From an uncultured virus (IMG/VR IMGVR_UViG_3300002098_000029) (Duplodnaviria > Heunggongvirae > Uroviricota > Caudoviricetes), in the IMG/VR virus record IMGVR_UViG_3300002098_000029, positions 1-64,000 of that record: 64,000 nt of DNA; one strand, written 5' to 3'. This document shows positions 1 to 9,001 of the stretch, piece by piece. Each line of letters starts with the position of its first letter. Positions within the stretch are counted from its first letter, which is position 1. Both the position numbers and the translations under genes were made by a program. Below the pieces are notes generated by a model, which did not search any database, was not told the DNA's origin, and worked only from the letters and a program-made list of their open reading frames with translations.

Positions 1-585
1 AAACTCTATAAAGCATTGAATGTTCCAGTCTCCAGGTTGAATCCAGAGAGTTCTGGATTCTCATTAGGTCGTACCAATGAAATCACCCGTGATGAATTAA
101 AGTTTGCTAAGTTTGTGGCTCGGATGCGCAATAAGTTTTCTGACCTATTTGACCAAGCAATGCGAGTTCAGTGCGTACTCAAAGGTATTTGTACCAATGA
201 GGAATGGGACGAATTTAAAGAACATATATATTACGACTTCATTAAAGATAATAACTTTACCGAGTTAAAAGAAGCTGAGTTAATGAAAGAACGGTTATCT
301 TTGTTGGCCAATGTGGATCCTTACACAGGTCGTTATTTCTCACAAACATGGATTCAACGAAATGTATTGAGATTAACTGATGATGAAATTGCAGAAATGC
401 AAGAAGAAATGGATGAAGAAAAGTCACAAGGACTTGGTTTACCAGTTGGTGTAATGAATGATGTGGCACAGCAACAAATGATGTCCAATGTTCCACAACA
501 ACCACAAAATCCAGCGGATGCCGAGGATGAAGAACAAAATGAATCATTTGAATCAACCGTCACAAAACTGAAGCGTTTATTATAA
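1..585 (+). CDS. gp20: Portal vertex protein, 3' part (truncated by window start)
   Basis: Frame open from base 1; LNVPVSRL...EITRDELKFAKFV and DNNFTELKEAE motifs of T4-like portals; upstream of gp21-23. Confidence 0.95.
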   Translation, partial: KLYKALNVPVSRLNPESSGFSLGRTNEITRDELKFAKFVARMRNKFSDLFDQAMRVQCVLKGICTNEEWDEFKEHIYYDFIKDNNFTELKEAELMKERLSLLANVDPYTGRYFSQTWIQRNVLRLTDDEIAEMQEEMDEEKSQGLGLPVGVMNDVAQQQMMSNVPQQPQNPADAEDEEQNESFESTVTKLKRLL

Positions 586-588
586 ATA
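581..588 (+). promoter_or_regulatory. T4-type late promoter
   Basis: TATAAATA just upstream of the 607 ORF; gp55 is encoded in the window. Confidence 0.75.
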
Positions 589-606
589 TTATATTAGGAG
601 AAAAAC

Positions 607-816
607 ATGTCTGATTACTCAACAAAAAATATCATTGATTATGCAATGGACGATGATGGTGTAAAGTTTAGAGAAGCTTTGTATGCTTCTATTCATGATA
701 AAGTAGCCAATCATATTGAAGCGGCCAAACAATCGGTTGCACACAATTTAATTGCTCCATTAGAAATTGCACAAGAAACACAAGAAACACAGGAATCACC
801 AGTTGAAAACACTTAA
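607..816 (+). CDS. Small acidic prohead core protein (gp67-like by position)
   Basis: AGGAG SD; directly follows portal as gp67 does. Confidence 0.55.
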   Translation: MSDYSTKNIIDYAMDDDGVKFREALYASIHDKVANHIEAAKQSVAHNLIAPLEIAQETQETQESPVENT

Positions 817-1345
817 TGATTTCTTAAAAGGTAAAGAAATTATTTTACCAGAAGAGGTAGAAGAAGTGGTTGAGCCTGATGTTTTAATGGTTACTGAAAA
901 GGCTGATAATAAAGGTAAAGAAGTAAAACATTTATCATTAGATCCGCCAAATGTTTTAATTATGCGTAGAAAGTCGGTTCGTCAGTTTCCTGGCGGCCAA
1001 AGAGTGGCCATGTATTATGTGGATAAAATAGATAAATATGTAACCGTACCCTATACAGCAATGCAATGGTCCGCTTCCACACCAGAAGAAGTTGAGTATT
1101 CCGGTGAAGTTATTGGTGAAGGCGTAATAACACAATTAAGAAATATTGTAAAAGATAATTTATATGACCGTGTTCAGTTTGAAGATGGTAAAAGAATGTT
1201 GGTAACGGTTGATTTAGCCGAAACAATATTAAGAGTGTATAGTGTATTAAACGAAAGTAACAAAGAACAACTGGCCGAAATGGCGAATAAGAATAAAGAA
1301 CATTTTGGTAGAGTTATTGACTTTGCCTTGAAAAATTTAAAATAG
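803..1345 (+). CDS. Hypothetical head-module protein
   Basis: Probable TTG start at 803 (MKTLNDFLK, after AGGA) overlapping the upstream stop; ORF track start at 767 is less likely. Confidence 0.7.
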   Translation: MKTLNDFLKGKEIILPEEVEEVVEPDVLMVTEKADNKGKEVKHLSLDPPNVLIMRRKSVRQFPGGQRVAMYYVDKIDKYVTVPYTAMQWSASTPEEVEYSGEVIGEGVITQLRNIVKDNLYDRVQFEDGKRMLVTVDLAETILRVYSVLNESNKEQLAEMANKNKEHFGRVIDFALKNLK

Positions 1346-1353
1346 GATAAAAA

Positions 1354-1974
1354 ATGGCCGGAAATAAATTCACATACCAAGTTCTAAGAGATACCACGAC
1401 TGATTCGGTTATTAAGATAACTGGTGTTTTTGATGGTTCTGGACAAGAAACTAATAATTCCCGTATTACGGCCAATGCTTTAAATAATGCTTTGGCGACT
1501 AACGGGTTCCTTCTTGCTAATGCCACTTCAGCTTACGCAAATACTTCTTTGCCATATTATGACTTACAATTAACGGGTTTAAAATACTATGTTAATTTAC
1601 CAACATCAGCTGCTACAGGCGGTGCGTTGGGTACGGTAGAAATATTTTGGAATGGTTATGGTAAAACTGCGGCCACTCAATATGCCAACTCAGCAACTAT
1701 CTTCCATTTGAATGGATCCGGTGAGTTTGGAATGGGCGAACAATTACCCTCTATTTTAAATAACACTAATAATTTGTATAACAATACCTCAATTACTACA
1801 GCAAATACTTCATCTGGAGATATTGGAATTTATACTTTAGGTGCTAGCGCAAACAGTTCATATACCTTAATTATTTCGTTGCGTAAAAACAACACATTCT
1901 ATCAACGTGGTCAACTTACTGATCCTGCTGCATTTAACTACGGACAATATGCTATTTCTGGTGTTAATCAGTAA
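1354..1974 (+). CDS. Hypothetical virion structural protein (Asn/Thr/Gly rich)
   Basis: AGGA SD, beta-rich composition, position in head module. Confidence 0.65.
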   Translation: MAGNKFTYQVLRDTTTDSVIKITGVFDGSGQETNNSRITANALNNALATNGFLLANATSAYANTSLPYYDLQLTGLKYYVNLPTSAATGGALGTVEIFWNGYGKTAATQYANSATIFHLNGSGEFGMGEQLPSILNNTNNLYNNTSITTANTSSGDIGIYTLGASANSSYTLIISLRKNNTFYQRGQLTDPAAFNYGQYAISGVNQ

Positions 1975-2417
1975 TGAAAGAATTAGTTTCAAAACTTCTA
2001 TCTGATAAAATTGAAGAAGCTCGAAACATATTAGATTTAAAGATTAAAGATTTGATTGAAGAAAAAATCAATCAATTTAAAATACAAATATCAACAGAGA
2101 TGTTTGGTGATACTGGTGTTGAAATGTACTTTGAAGAAACCAATAGTACCGTACAAAGATCCAATGTACAGAAAATGGGAAGAACCAAAATAATTAAGTT
2201 TAGGGTTCGTAAAGGTAAGATTCAACGCCGTAGAAAGTTTTCAACTGTAAAAGGTTATACGGTCAGAGGTGGTAAAATGACAAGAATGATGCCAGCGGAA
2301 CGTAGGCATCGTCATATTGCTTCCATTAAATCGAAATTTAAAAGAAAAGCTAAGTTAGTTATAACGCTTAGAAAAAGAAGAATTTCACTTAGAAAAAGAA
2401 AGTCGGTAGGATTATGA
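1974..2417 (+). CDS. Basic prohead core protein (gp68-like)
   Basis: Very Arg/Lys-rich C-half; immediately before gp21. Confidence 0.55.
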   Translation: MKELVSKLLSDKIEEARNILDLKIKDLIEEKINQFKIQISTEMFGDTGVEMYFEETNSTVQRSNVQKMGRTKIIKFRVRKGKIQRRRKFSTVKGYTVRGGKMTRMMPAERRHRHIASIKSKFKRKAKLVITLRKRRISLRKRKSVGL

Positions 2418-3058
2418 AATTAATCAAAGAAATTAATGAATCCGTAAGCTATATTACTGAAGGTGCTGATGGTAAAAAGGAACTCTATATTGAAGGTCCT
2501 TTTCTTGTTTCCGAAAAGAAAAACAAGAATGGCCGCTTATACGAATTCAATACGATGAAAAAAGAAGTTTATCGTTATACAGAAGAATATATAAACAAAC
2601 ACCGTGCATTTGGTGAACTGGGTCATCCAGAAACACCTTCCATTAACTTAGACCGTGTATCACATATGATTACGAGCCTTAAAGAAGATGGAACACAATG
2701 GATCGGTAAAGCAAAAATTCTTGATACACCAATGGGCCAAATTGCTCGTAAATTAATTGAGGGTGGTGCTCAATTAGGTGTGTCATCAAGAGGTATGGGT
2801 TCGTTGAAAAATGTTAACGGTGTTAATGTTGTTCAGAACGATTTTTATCTAGCCACAGCGGCTGATATTGTAGCAGACCCTTCCGCACCTGGTGCCTTTG
2901 TACAAGGTATCATGGAAGGCAAAGAATGGATGTTAGTCAATGGTATTTGGACTGAACAAGATCACTCTCAGGCGATTCAACAGATTCGTCAGGCAACACG
3001 CAAAGAGATTGAACAGGTAAGTCTAAATATATTTGAAAACTTCATGAAAAAACTTTAA
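2414..3058 (+). CDS. gp21: Prohead core protease
   Basis: GELGHP, GVSSRGMGS and DIVADPSAP motifs. Confidence 0.96.
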   Translation: MKLIKEINESVSYITEGADGKKELYIEGPFLVSEKKNKNGRLYEFNTMKKEVYRYTEEYINKHRAFGELGHPETPSINLDRVSHMITSLKEDGTQWIGKAKILDTPMGQIARKLIEGGAQLGVSSRGMGSLKNVNGVNVVQNDFYLATAADIVADPSAPGAFVQGIMEGKEWMLVNGIWTEQDHSQAIQQIRQATRKEIEQVSLNIFENFMKKL

Positions 3059-3060
3059 TA

Positions 3061-3068
3061 TATAAATA
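3061..3068 (+). promoter_or_regulatory. T4-type late promoter
   Basis: TATAAATA upstream of gp22. Confidence 0.8.
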
Positions 3069-3096
3069 TATCCAATAAATCAAGGAGATTTTCAAA

Positions 3097-4290
3097 ATGG
3101 GAAAATTTAATCTGTCCGAAGCCGCTAAACAAGTATTAGTTGGTGAAGGTTCTAAAGAAACATTTGATGCAAACATTGCATCCAAAAAAGGTGCTCGTGG
3201 TTCAGACAAGCATCCTGATGGTGAAGTTGGTGTTGATAAACTTACTGGTAAAACCGCATATGGTACAACCGATGTAGGTGAAATTGGCCAATCACCAGAG
3301 CAAAAAGATGATGCATTACCTAATTATTTAAAAGGTACTCCATCTGCTACTCCTGCAGGTGCTACTCCTCCTGTAGGCGCTCAGCCTGACGGTGTTGGTG
3401 CTACTACATTACAAGGACAACCTGGTACAACCGCTGGTCGTGCTGATTTAACTCACACAGCTCAAGCTCCTGCTACCGATTACTCTGCTATTCGTGATCG
3501 TATTGCTGGCAAGCTTGCTCCACAAATGATGCAANCCAACCCAGGTGCTACATTCCAATCCTACGGTGAAGATATTGAAGCCTTGATGCAAGGTGAAAAT
3601 CTTTCTGAAGAATTCAAAACTAAAGCTTCTACAATCTATGAAGCTGCTGTAATGTCCCGTGTTGATCAAATTGTAGAAGAAGTTGAAGCTCAATTGACAG
3701 AACAGTTTGAAATAGCTGTTGAAGAAATCAAAGAAGATTTGGCTGCTAAAGTTGACGATTACCTCAACTACATGGTAGAAGAATGGATGAAAGAAAACGA
3801 AATTGCAATTGAGTCTGGTCTCCGTGCAGAAGTAGTTGAAGAATTCATGTCCAAATTGCGTGACTTGTTTGTTGAATCCTACATCGACATTCCTGTTGAA
3901 AAGGTAGATGTTGTTGAAGAATTGATGACTAAAGTTCAAGAACTCGAATCCACTTTGAACGAACAAATTAACAAGTCCGTTGAACTTACAAAAGAATTAA
4001 ACGAACAAAAGAAAATTGAGGCTATCTACACAGCGTGTGAAGGCCTATCGCAGACACAAGTAGAAAAATTGAAATCGCTCGCAGAGAACGTAGAATTTAA
4101 TACTGATGAAGATTTTGCTGGCAAACTATCGACTTTGAAAGAATCTTATTTCAAAGCTGATGTTAAAGCAGCAGATAAACTTGCTTTAGATGAAGAAGTT
4201 GATATTGAAGAAGAAAAGAAAGTATTCAAATCTTCCGATCCTTCAATGGACCTCTATGCTAAAACCATTTCACAAACATTGGTTAAGTAA
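3097..4290 (+). CDS. gp22: Prohead scaffold protein
   Basis: LSEEFKTKASTIYEAAV, VDDYLNYMVEEWMKEN; acidic coiled coil between gp21 and gp23; one N at 3535. Confidence 0.93.
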   Translation: MGKFNLSEAAKQVLVGEGSKETFDANIASKKGARGSDKHPDGEVGVDKLTGKTAYGTTDVGEIGQSPEQKDDALPNYLKGTPSATPAGATPPVGAQPDGVGATTLQGQPGTTAGRADLTHTAQAPATDYSAIRDRIAGKLAPQMMQXNPGATFQSYGEDIEALMQGENLSEEFKTKASTIYEAAVMSRVDQIVEEVEAQLTEQFEIAVEEIKEDLAAKVDDYLNYMVEEWMKENEIAIESGLRAEVVEEFMSKLRDLFVESYIDIPVEKVDVVEELMTKVQELESTLNEQINKSVELTKELNEQKKIEAIYTACEGLSQTQVEKLKSLAENVEFNTDEDFAGKLSTLKESYFKADVKAADKLALDEEVDIEEEKKVFKSSDPSMDLYAKTISQTLVK

Positions 4291-4321
4291 TTAACCTAGT
4301 AATTTTAAAAAAGGATACAAA

Positions 4322-5662
4322 ATGTATTTGACAGAAGAACTACAAAAAAAATGGGCACCAGTTCTGGAACATCCAGAATTAGAAGCCATTAAAGACCCAT
4401 ACAAGCGTGCTGTTACAGCTCTTGTTTTGGAAAATCAACACCAAGCAATGGCAAAAGATCGTCAAGCTTTGATGGAGACCAGCGATACAGGTCCTACAAA
4501 CGTTACTGGTGGTGTTTCTAACTTTGACCCAATCTTGATTTCTTTGGTTCGCCGTTCGTTGCCTAACTTGATCGCCTATGATGTTGCTGGTGTTCAACCA
4601 ATGACAGGTCCTACAGGATTGATCTTTGCAATGCGTGCTCGTTACGCTAACCAAGCAGGTACAGAAGCTTTCTACAACGAAGCAAACACAATGTTCTCTG
4701 GACAAAGTTCTGCTAATGCTGGTTTCAACAACTACGGTTTTGTAGGTACACCTACAACTGATACTTCAAATAACGCTATTGCTAACGAAGCTGCTAATCA
4801 GTTCACAACTGGTATTGGCATCCAAACAGGTTCAGCTGAATTCTTGGGCGCTGACGGTGCTAATGCATTCCAACAAATGGCCTTCTCAATTGAGAAAGTT
4901 ACTGTTACTGCACAATCCCGTGCTCTGAAAGCTGAATATTCATTAGAATTAGCACAAGACTTGAAAGCAATCCATGGTCTTGACGCTGAAACAGAATTGT
5001 CTAACATTCTGTCTACTGAAATTCTTGCTGAAATTAACCGTGAAGTTATCCGTACTATCTACACTACTGCTGTTCTTGGTGCTCAGTATGGTACAACTAC
5101 TGCTGGTTATTTCGACTTAGATACAGACTCAAACGGTCGTTGGTCAGTTGAACGCTTTAAAGGTTTGATTTTCCAAATTGAACGTGATGCTAACGTAATT
5201 GCTAAGCAAACTCGTAGAGGCAAAGGTAATGTTCTTATCGTTTCTTCTGACGTAGCTTCAGCAATGGCTATGGCTGGTGTTCTTACTTACACACCTGCTC
5301 TCCAAGCTGACTTACAAGTAGATGATACAGGTAACACATTTGCTGGTATGCTCCACGGTCGTATCAAGGTTTACATTGACCCGTACTTTGGTGGATATAC
5401 ATCTAACCAAGAGTTGGTAACTGTAGGCTACAAAGGTTCTTCACCTTACGATGCTGGTATTTTCTATTGCCCATACGTTCCATTACAAATGGTTCGTGCT
5501 GTAGACCAGTTTACATTCCAACCTAAGATTGGTTTCAAAACTCGTTACGGTATGGTTGCTAACCCATTTGCTCAAGGCGCTGCTGTTGCCTCACCAAATG
5601 GTTCATTACAACCACGCACTAACGTATACTATCGCATTTTCGGGGTAAAAAACCTCATGTGA
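4322..5662 (+). CDS. gp23: Major capsid protein
   Basis: GVQPMTGPTGLIFAMR, LKAEYSLELAQDLKAIHGLDAE, FQPKIGFKTRYG. Confidence 0.98.
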   Translation: MYLTEELQKKWAPVLEHPELEAIKDPYKRAVTALVLENQHQAMAKDRQALMETSDTGPTNVTGGVSNFDPILISLVRRSLPNLIAYDVAGVQPMTGPTGLIFAMRARYANQAGTEAFYNEANTMFSGQSSANAGFNNYGFVGTPTTDTSNNAIANEAANQFTTGIGIQTGSAEFLGADGANAFQQMAFSIEKVTVTAQSRALKAEYSLELAQDLKAIHGLDAETELSNILSTEILAEINREVIRTIYTTAVLGAQYGTTTAGYFDLDTDSNGRWSVERFKGLIFQIERDANVIAKQTRRGKGNVLIVSSDVASAMAMAGVLTYTPALQADLQVDDTGNTFAGMLHGRIKVYIDPYFGGYTSNQELVTVGYKGSSPYDAGIFYCPYVPLQMVRAVDQFTFQPKIGFKTRYGMVANPFAQGAAVASPNGSLQPRTNVYYRIFGVKNLM

Positions 5663-5720
5663 TAACTCATTGATTTTATTGAGTTTTTTTATTAAATCAA
5701 CAATAAGATTGATAATTAAG

Positions 5721-5748
5721 AAGGGAACCGAAAGGTTCCCTTTTTTTT
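5721..5748 (+). terminator. Intrinsic terminator after gp23
   Basis: AAGGGAACC-GAAA-GGTTCCCTT followed by T run. Confidence 0.9.
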
Positions 5749-5751
5749 ATA

Positions 5752-5798
5752 TATAAATACATATAATTCTTGACTTATTTTGGCAATTATGTTATAAT
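5752..5798 (+). promoter_or_regulatory. Late promoter (5752-5759) plus sigma70-like promoter for the endonuclease gene
   Basis: TATAAATA; TTGACT(5770)-17 nt-TATAAT(5793). Confidence 0.7.
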
Positions 5799-5805
5799 AT
5801 TCTTT

Positions 5806-6384
5806 ATGAAACCCACATACCTTTATATCAAAAAACATACCATAACTGGTTTAAAATACTTTGGTAAAACAACCAAAGAAGATCCAATTGCATACCTTGG
5901 TTCGGGTATTCATTGGAAACGACACATCAAGAAACACGGAGAGTTTATTGAAACAATCTGGTATCAATTATTTACTGATGAGAAATTGCTTACCGATTAT
6001 GCCACAAAATTCTCAAAAGAAAATAATATAACAGAATCTAAAGAGTGGGCTAATCTTAAAGATGAAAATGGATTAGATGGTGGTATGGAAAAAGGTTGGT
6101 GGTCGGAAGAACACTTAGAAAATAATAGACAAAAGGCTAAAGAACGATGGGCTAATGGAGTTTATGATGTTGAAAAACTTAGGCTTAGTCGCATTGGGTT
6201 TAAACAACCACAATCACAAAAAGACACATTGTCTAGAAAATTATCCAAAACATGGGAAATAACCAATCCATCCGGTGAAAAAATAATTATTAAAAATCTT
6301 AGAAAATTTGCAATAGAAAATGGATTAGACCAAGGAAACCTATCACGGGGTTCTTATAAAGGTTGGAAAGCTGTTAAAATTTAA
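5806..6384 (+). CDS. Free-standing GIY-YIG-type homing endonuclease
   Basis: PTYLYIK...LKYFGKT...YLGSG nuclease domain, C-terminal NLRKFAIENGLDQGNLS HTH-like module; ATG at 5806. Confidence 0.85.
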   Translation: MKPTYLYIKKHTITGLKYFGKTTKEDPIAYLGSGIHWKRHIKKHGEFIETIWYQLFTDEKLLTDYATKFSKENNITESKEWANLKDENGLDGGMEKGWWSEEHLENNRQKAKERWANGVYDVEKLRLSRIGFKQPQSQKDTLSRKLSKTWEITNPSGEKIIIKNLRKFAIENGLDQGNLSRGSYKGWKAVKI

Positions 6385-6399
6385 CACCTAAATACTCAT

Positions 6400-6933
6400 A
6401 TGACTGCACTCTCACGCCTACCACAAAATACCAATTACCTACAACCCTCAAAGTTTTTATTGACTTTTGATCGTTTAGGTGATGTTCAATACTTCTGCCA
6501 AACAGTTAACATTCCTGGTGTTAACCTAGGACAGGCACCATTTAACACACCTTTGTTGGATGTGTTTGTACCTGACCGAAAGATGATTTACAACCCATTC
6601 TCAATTCATTTTACGATTGATGAGTCATTGAACGGCTGGCAGCAATTACACGCTTGGTTCCGTTCCATCGCATCTCCAACAAGTTTTGATGAGAGGAATA
6701 GGTTAACAGCACTACAGAACGCAAACAAAACCTCTAAATCCTTAGAATCGTATTCGGATGCCACTTTGACTATTCTTTCAGCATTGAATAATCCAATACT
6801 CCGAGTAAAGTTTTATAATGTATTTCCCATCACCTTATCGGATGTTATATTCGATACCACTCAATCGGCCGATGATATTGTAACCGCAGATGCCGTGTTC
6901 ACCTTTGATTATTTTGACTTTGAACCTGCTTGA
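6400..6933 (+). CDS. gp3: Tail tube terminator / sheath stabiliser
   Basis: NYLQPSKF, YFCQTVNIPG, SDATLTILS, FPITLS; gp23-gp3-uvsY-uvsW synteny of aquatic T4-likes. Confidence 0.88.
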   Translation: MTALSRLPQNTNYLQPSKFLLTFDRLGDVQYFCQTVNIPGVNLGQAPFNTPLLDVFVPDRKMIYNPFSIHFTIDESLNGWQQLHAWFRSIASPTSFDERNRLTALQNANKTSKSLESYSDATLTILSALNNPILRVKFYNVFPITLSDVIFDTTQSADDIVTADAVFTFDYFDFEPA

Positions 6934-6958
6934 CATTTAAAGTAGTTTGTGTTATACT
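6930..6958 (+). promoter_or_regulatory. sigma70-like early promoter for uvsY-uvsW
   Basis: TTGACA-17 nt-TATACT with TG extension. Confidence 0.8.
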
Positions 6959-6978
6959 AAAGATATTTTGAATTAATT

Positions 6979-7044
6979 ATGGAATGATATGGAATGATAT
7001 GGAATGATATGGAATGATATGGAATGATATGGAATGATATGGAA
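6979..7044 (+). repeat. Perfect tandem repeat (ATGGAATGAT)x6 + ATGGAA
   Basis: Six exact 10-nt units ending at the uvsY start codon. Confidence 0.95.
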
Positions 7045-7473
7045 AATCTAGAGCAAATATTAAAAACTTGGGAATCGGATGCAGATATTGACCAGACCGA
7101 ACCTGGCAAAGAATTGTTAAAGATTCCTAAACTTCACAGTAAATACCTTGGTATACTCATTAAACACAAGATTGCTTCTAAGAAAGCCCATTTTGATTAT
7201 CTCCGTATGCGGAAGATTCGTTTGGATTATTATGGCGGAAGAATGGGACAGGAAGAATTGGAAGAATACGGATGGGAACCTTTTCAGTTTGTTCTTAAAA
7301 CAGACATCAATGCCTATCTCGAAGCCGATGCCAACCTGATTAAGTTGTTGGAGAAGAAAGTATATCATGAAGAAACTGTTGGTGTTTTGGAATCTATTAT
7401 GAATGAACTGAAACAACGGACTTGGCAACTCCGTGAATTTATTTCTTGGGAGAGATTTATTGGTGGACAATGA
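7039..7473 (+). CDS. uvsY: Recombination mediator
   Basis: IPKLHSKYL, YYGG, PFQFVLKTDINAYLEAD, RTWQLREFISWERFIGG. Confidence 0.9.
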   Translation: MENLEQILKTWESDADIDQTEPGKELLKIPKLHSKYLGILIKHKIASKKAHFDYLRMRKIRLDYYGGRMGQEELEEYGWEPFQFVLKTDINAYLEADANLIKLLEKKVYHEETVGVLESIMNELKQRTWQLREFISWERFIGGQ

Positions 7474-8203
7474 TATAGTAATCACTAAAAAGAATGAGGT
7501 ATATGCCAAACTTACTTGTGAACGGCATGTATTACAGGAACTATCAGAGCATTTTACATTCTTTGTTCCTGGTTACCAATTCGTTCCTGCTTTCCGAAAC
7601 AAAATTTGGGACGGCAAAATAAGATTATTACATTTACAAAGTTCAACAATATACCTAGGATTATTAGATTACATCGAACAGTTTGCCGAATCAAGAGGTT
7701 ATACTGTAGGTAACGAATTAAACATTGAGGATGAGTATTCATTATATCATGCCAAAAAGTTTATTAAAGAATTAAATATTCATGCTCGTGGAGAACCCAT
7801 AGAAGTAAGAGAACATCAAATCAATGCATACATTCATGCTATGCAAAAACGCCGAGCGTTACTAGTATCACCCACCGCCTCTGGTAAATCACTCATCATC
7901 TATCTAATTCATCGTCAGTTGTTGGAATACCAAGGTCTTAAAGGATTAATTGTTGTTCCCACTACTTCACTTTGTATGCAAATGAAATCGGATTTTGAAG
8001 AGTATTCATCACATAATGTGTATAATGTGGAAGATAATGTTAGTATTATAATGCAAGGATATACAAAATATCCAACAAAAAAAATAATAAAAATAACATT
8101 ATTGGATGGAACAATTAAAAAATATAAAGAACATGATGTGGTAAAAACTCAAAGAGGAAACATTTTAGCTAAAGATATTATTTCAAATGATGATATATTA
8201 TAA
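7463..8203 (+). CDS. uvsW: UvsW helicase fragment 1 (motifs I, Ia) with intein-like C-terminal tail
   Basis: GTG start overlapping uvsY; WDGKIRL, SPTASGKS, VPTTSL; stops before motif II. Confidence 0.88.
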   Translation: MDNDIVITKKNEVYAKLTCERHVLQELSEHFTFFVPGYQFVPAFRNKIWDGKIRLLHLQSSTIYLGLLDYIEQFAESRGYTVGNELNIEDEYSLYHAKKFIKELNIHARGEPIEVREHQINAYIHAMQKRRALLVSPTASGKSLIIYLIHRQLLEYQGLKGLIVVPTTSLCMQMKSDFEEYSSHNVYNVEDNVSIIMQGYTKYPTKKIIKITLLDGTIKKYKEHDVVKTQRGNILAKDIISNDDIL

Positions 8204-8206
8204 ATA
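8199..8206 (+). promoter_or_regulatory. Late promoter for the endonuclease; contains the fragment-1 stop codon
   Basis: TATAAATA, TAA at 8201-8203. Confidence 0.75.
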
Positions 8207-8239
8207 ATAGTTCCTACTACATCTTTAGTTAAATATTAT

Positions 8240-9001
8240 ATGGACACATTTAATCCAACCTATCTATACATAAAACAACACATTATAACCGGACTAAAAT
8301 ATTTTGGAAAAACAACAAAATCTGATCCATATAATTATTTGGGTTCTGGTAAAATATGGATTAGACATATTAAAAAGCACGGAAAACAACATGTAAAAAC
8401 TATATGGGTCAGTGAATTATTTTATAATAAAAATGATCTTATAAATTTTGCTTTAGATTTTTCCAAAAAAAATAATATTGTTGATTCGTCCGAATGGGCC
8501 AACCTGAAGGAAGAAAATGGATTGGATGGTGGAATATTACCAAAACAGTCATTAAATAATATTTCTAAATTATTAACAGGAAGAACCAAAGAAACCCACG
8601 ATTATATTAAAGAATCTTCTTTAAAAAAATCAAAAACAATGAAAGACCCCAACGGAAAATATCAAACTGAAGGCCGAAAAAAAATTAATCAATGGTTGAA
8701 TTCATTAACCGAGTATGATAGAAAAGAAAAATTAGGACATACTGTAACTCAAAAGCAAAAAGAAAAATTAAGTCGGGACAGAACCGGCAAAACTAAAGAA
8801 AATTGTGAACGGGTCAAAAAAATGTCCGAAACTAAAAAAGAGTATTATTCATCTTTAACTGAAGAAGAAAAAAAAGAAAAATTAGGACACTCAAAAGGTT
8901 CTCATTGGTACCACAATGATGAATTGAGATTGTGTAAAACATTCAAACCAAATAATGTGGCGGCCGGTTGGATTAGAGGCAAAAAAAAGTATGAAAATTG
9001 A
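8240..9001 (+). CDS. GIY-YIG-type homing endonuclease inside uvsW
   Basis: PTYLYIK...LKYFGKT...YLGSG; basic C-terminal repeats (GRTKE/GKTKE), HWYHN...GWIRG end. Confidence 0.87.
   Translation: MDTFNPTYLYIKQHIITGLKYFGKTTKSDPYNYLGSGKIWIRHIKKHGKQHVKTIWVSELFYNKNDLINFALDFSKKNNIVDSSEWANLKEENGLDGGILPKQSLNNISKLLTGRTKETHDYIKESSLKKSKTMKDPNGKYQTEGRKKINQWLNSLTEYDRKEKLGHTVTQKQKEKLSRDRTGKTKENCERVKKMSETKKEYYSSLTEEEKKEKLGHSKGSHWYHNDELRLCKTFKPNNVAAGWIRGKKKYEN

Noticed and set aside
6979..7044. CRISPR array
   Set aside because: 10-nt units are contiguous with no spacers; no cas genes in the window
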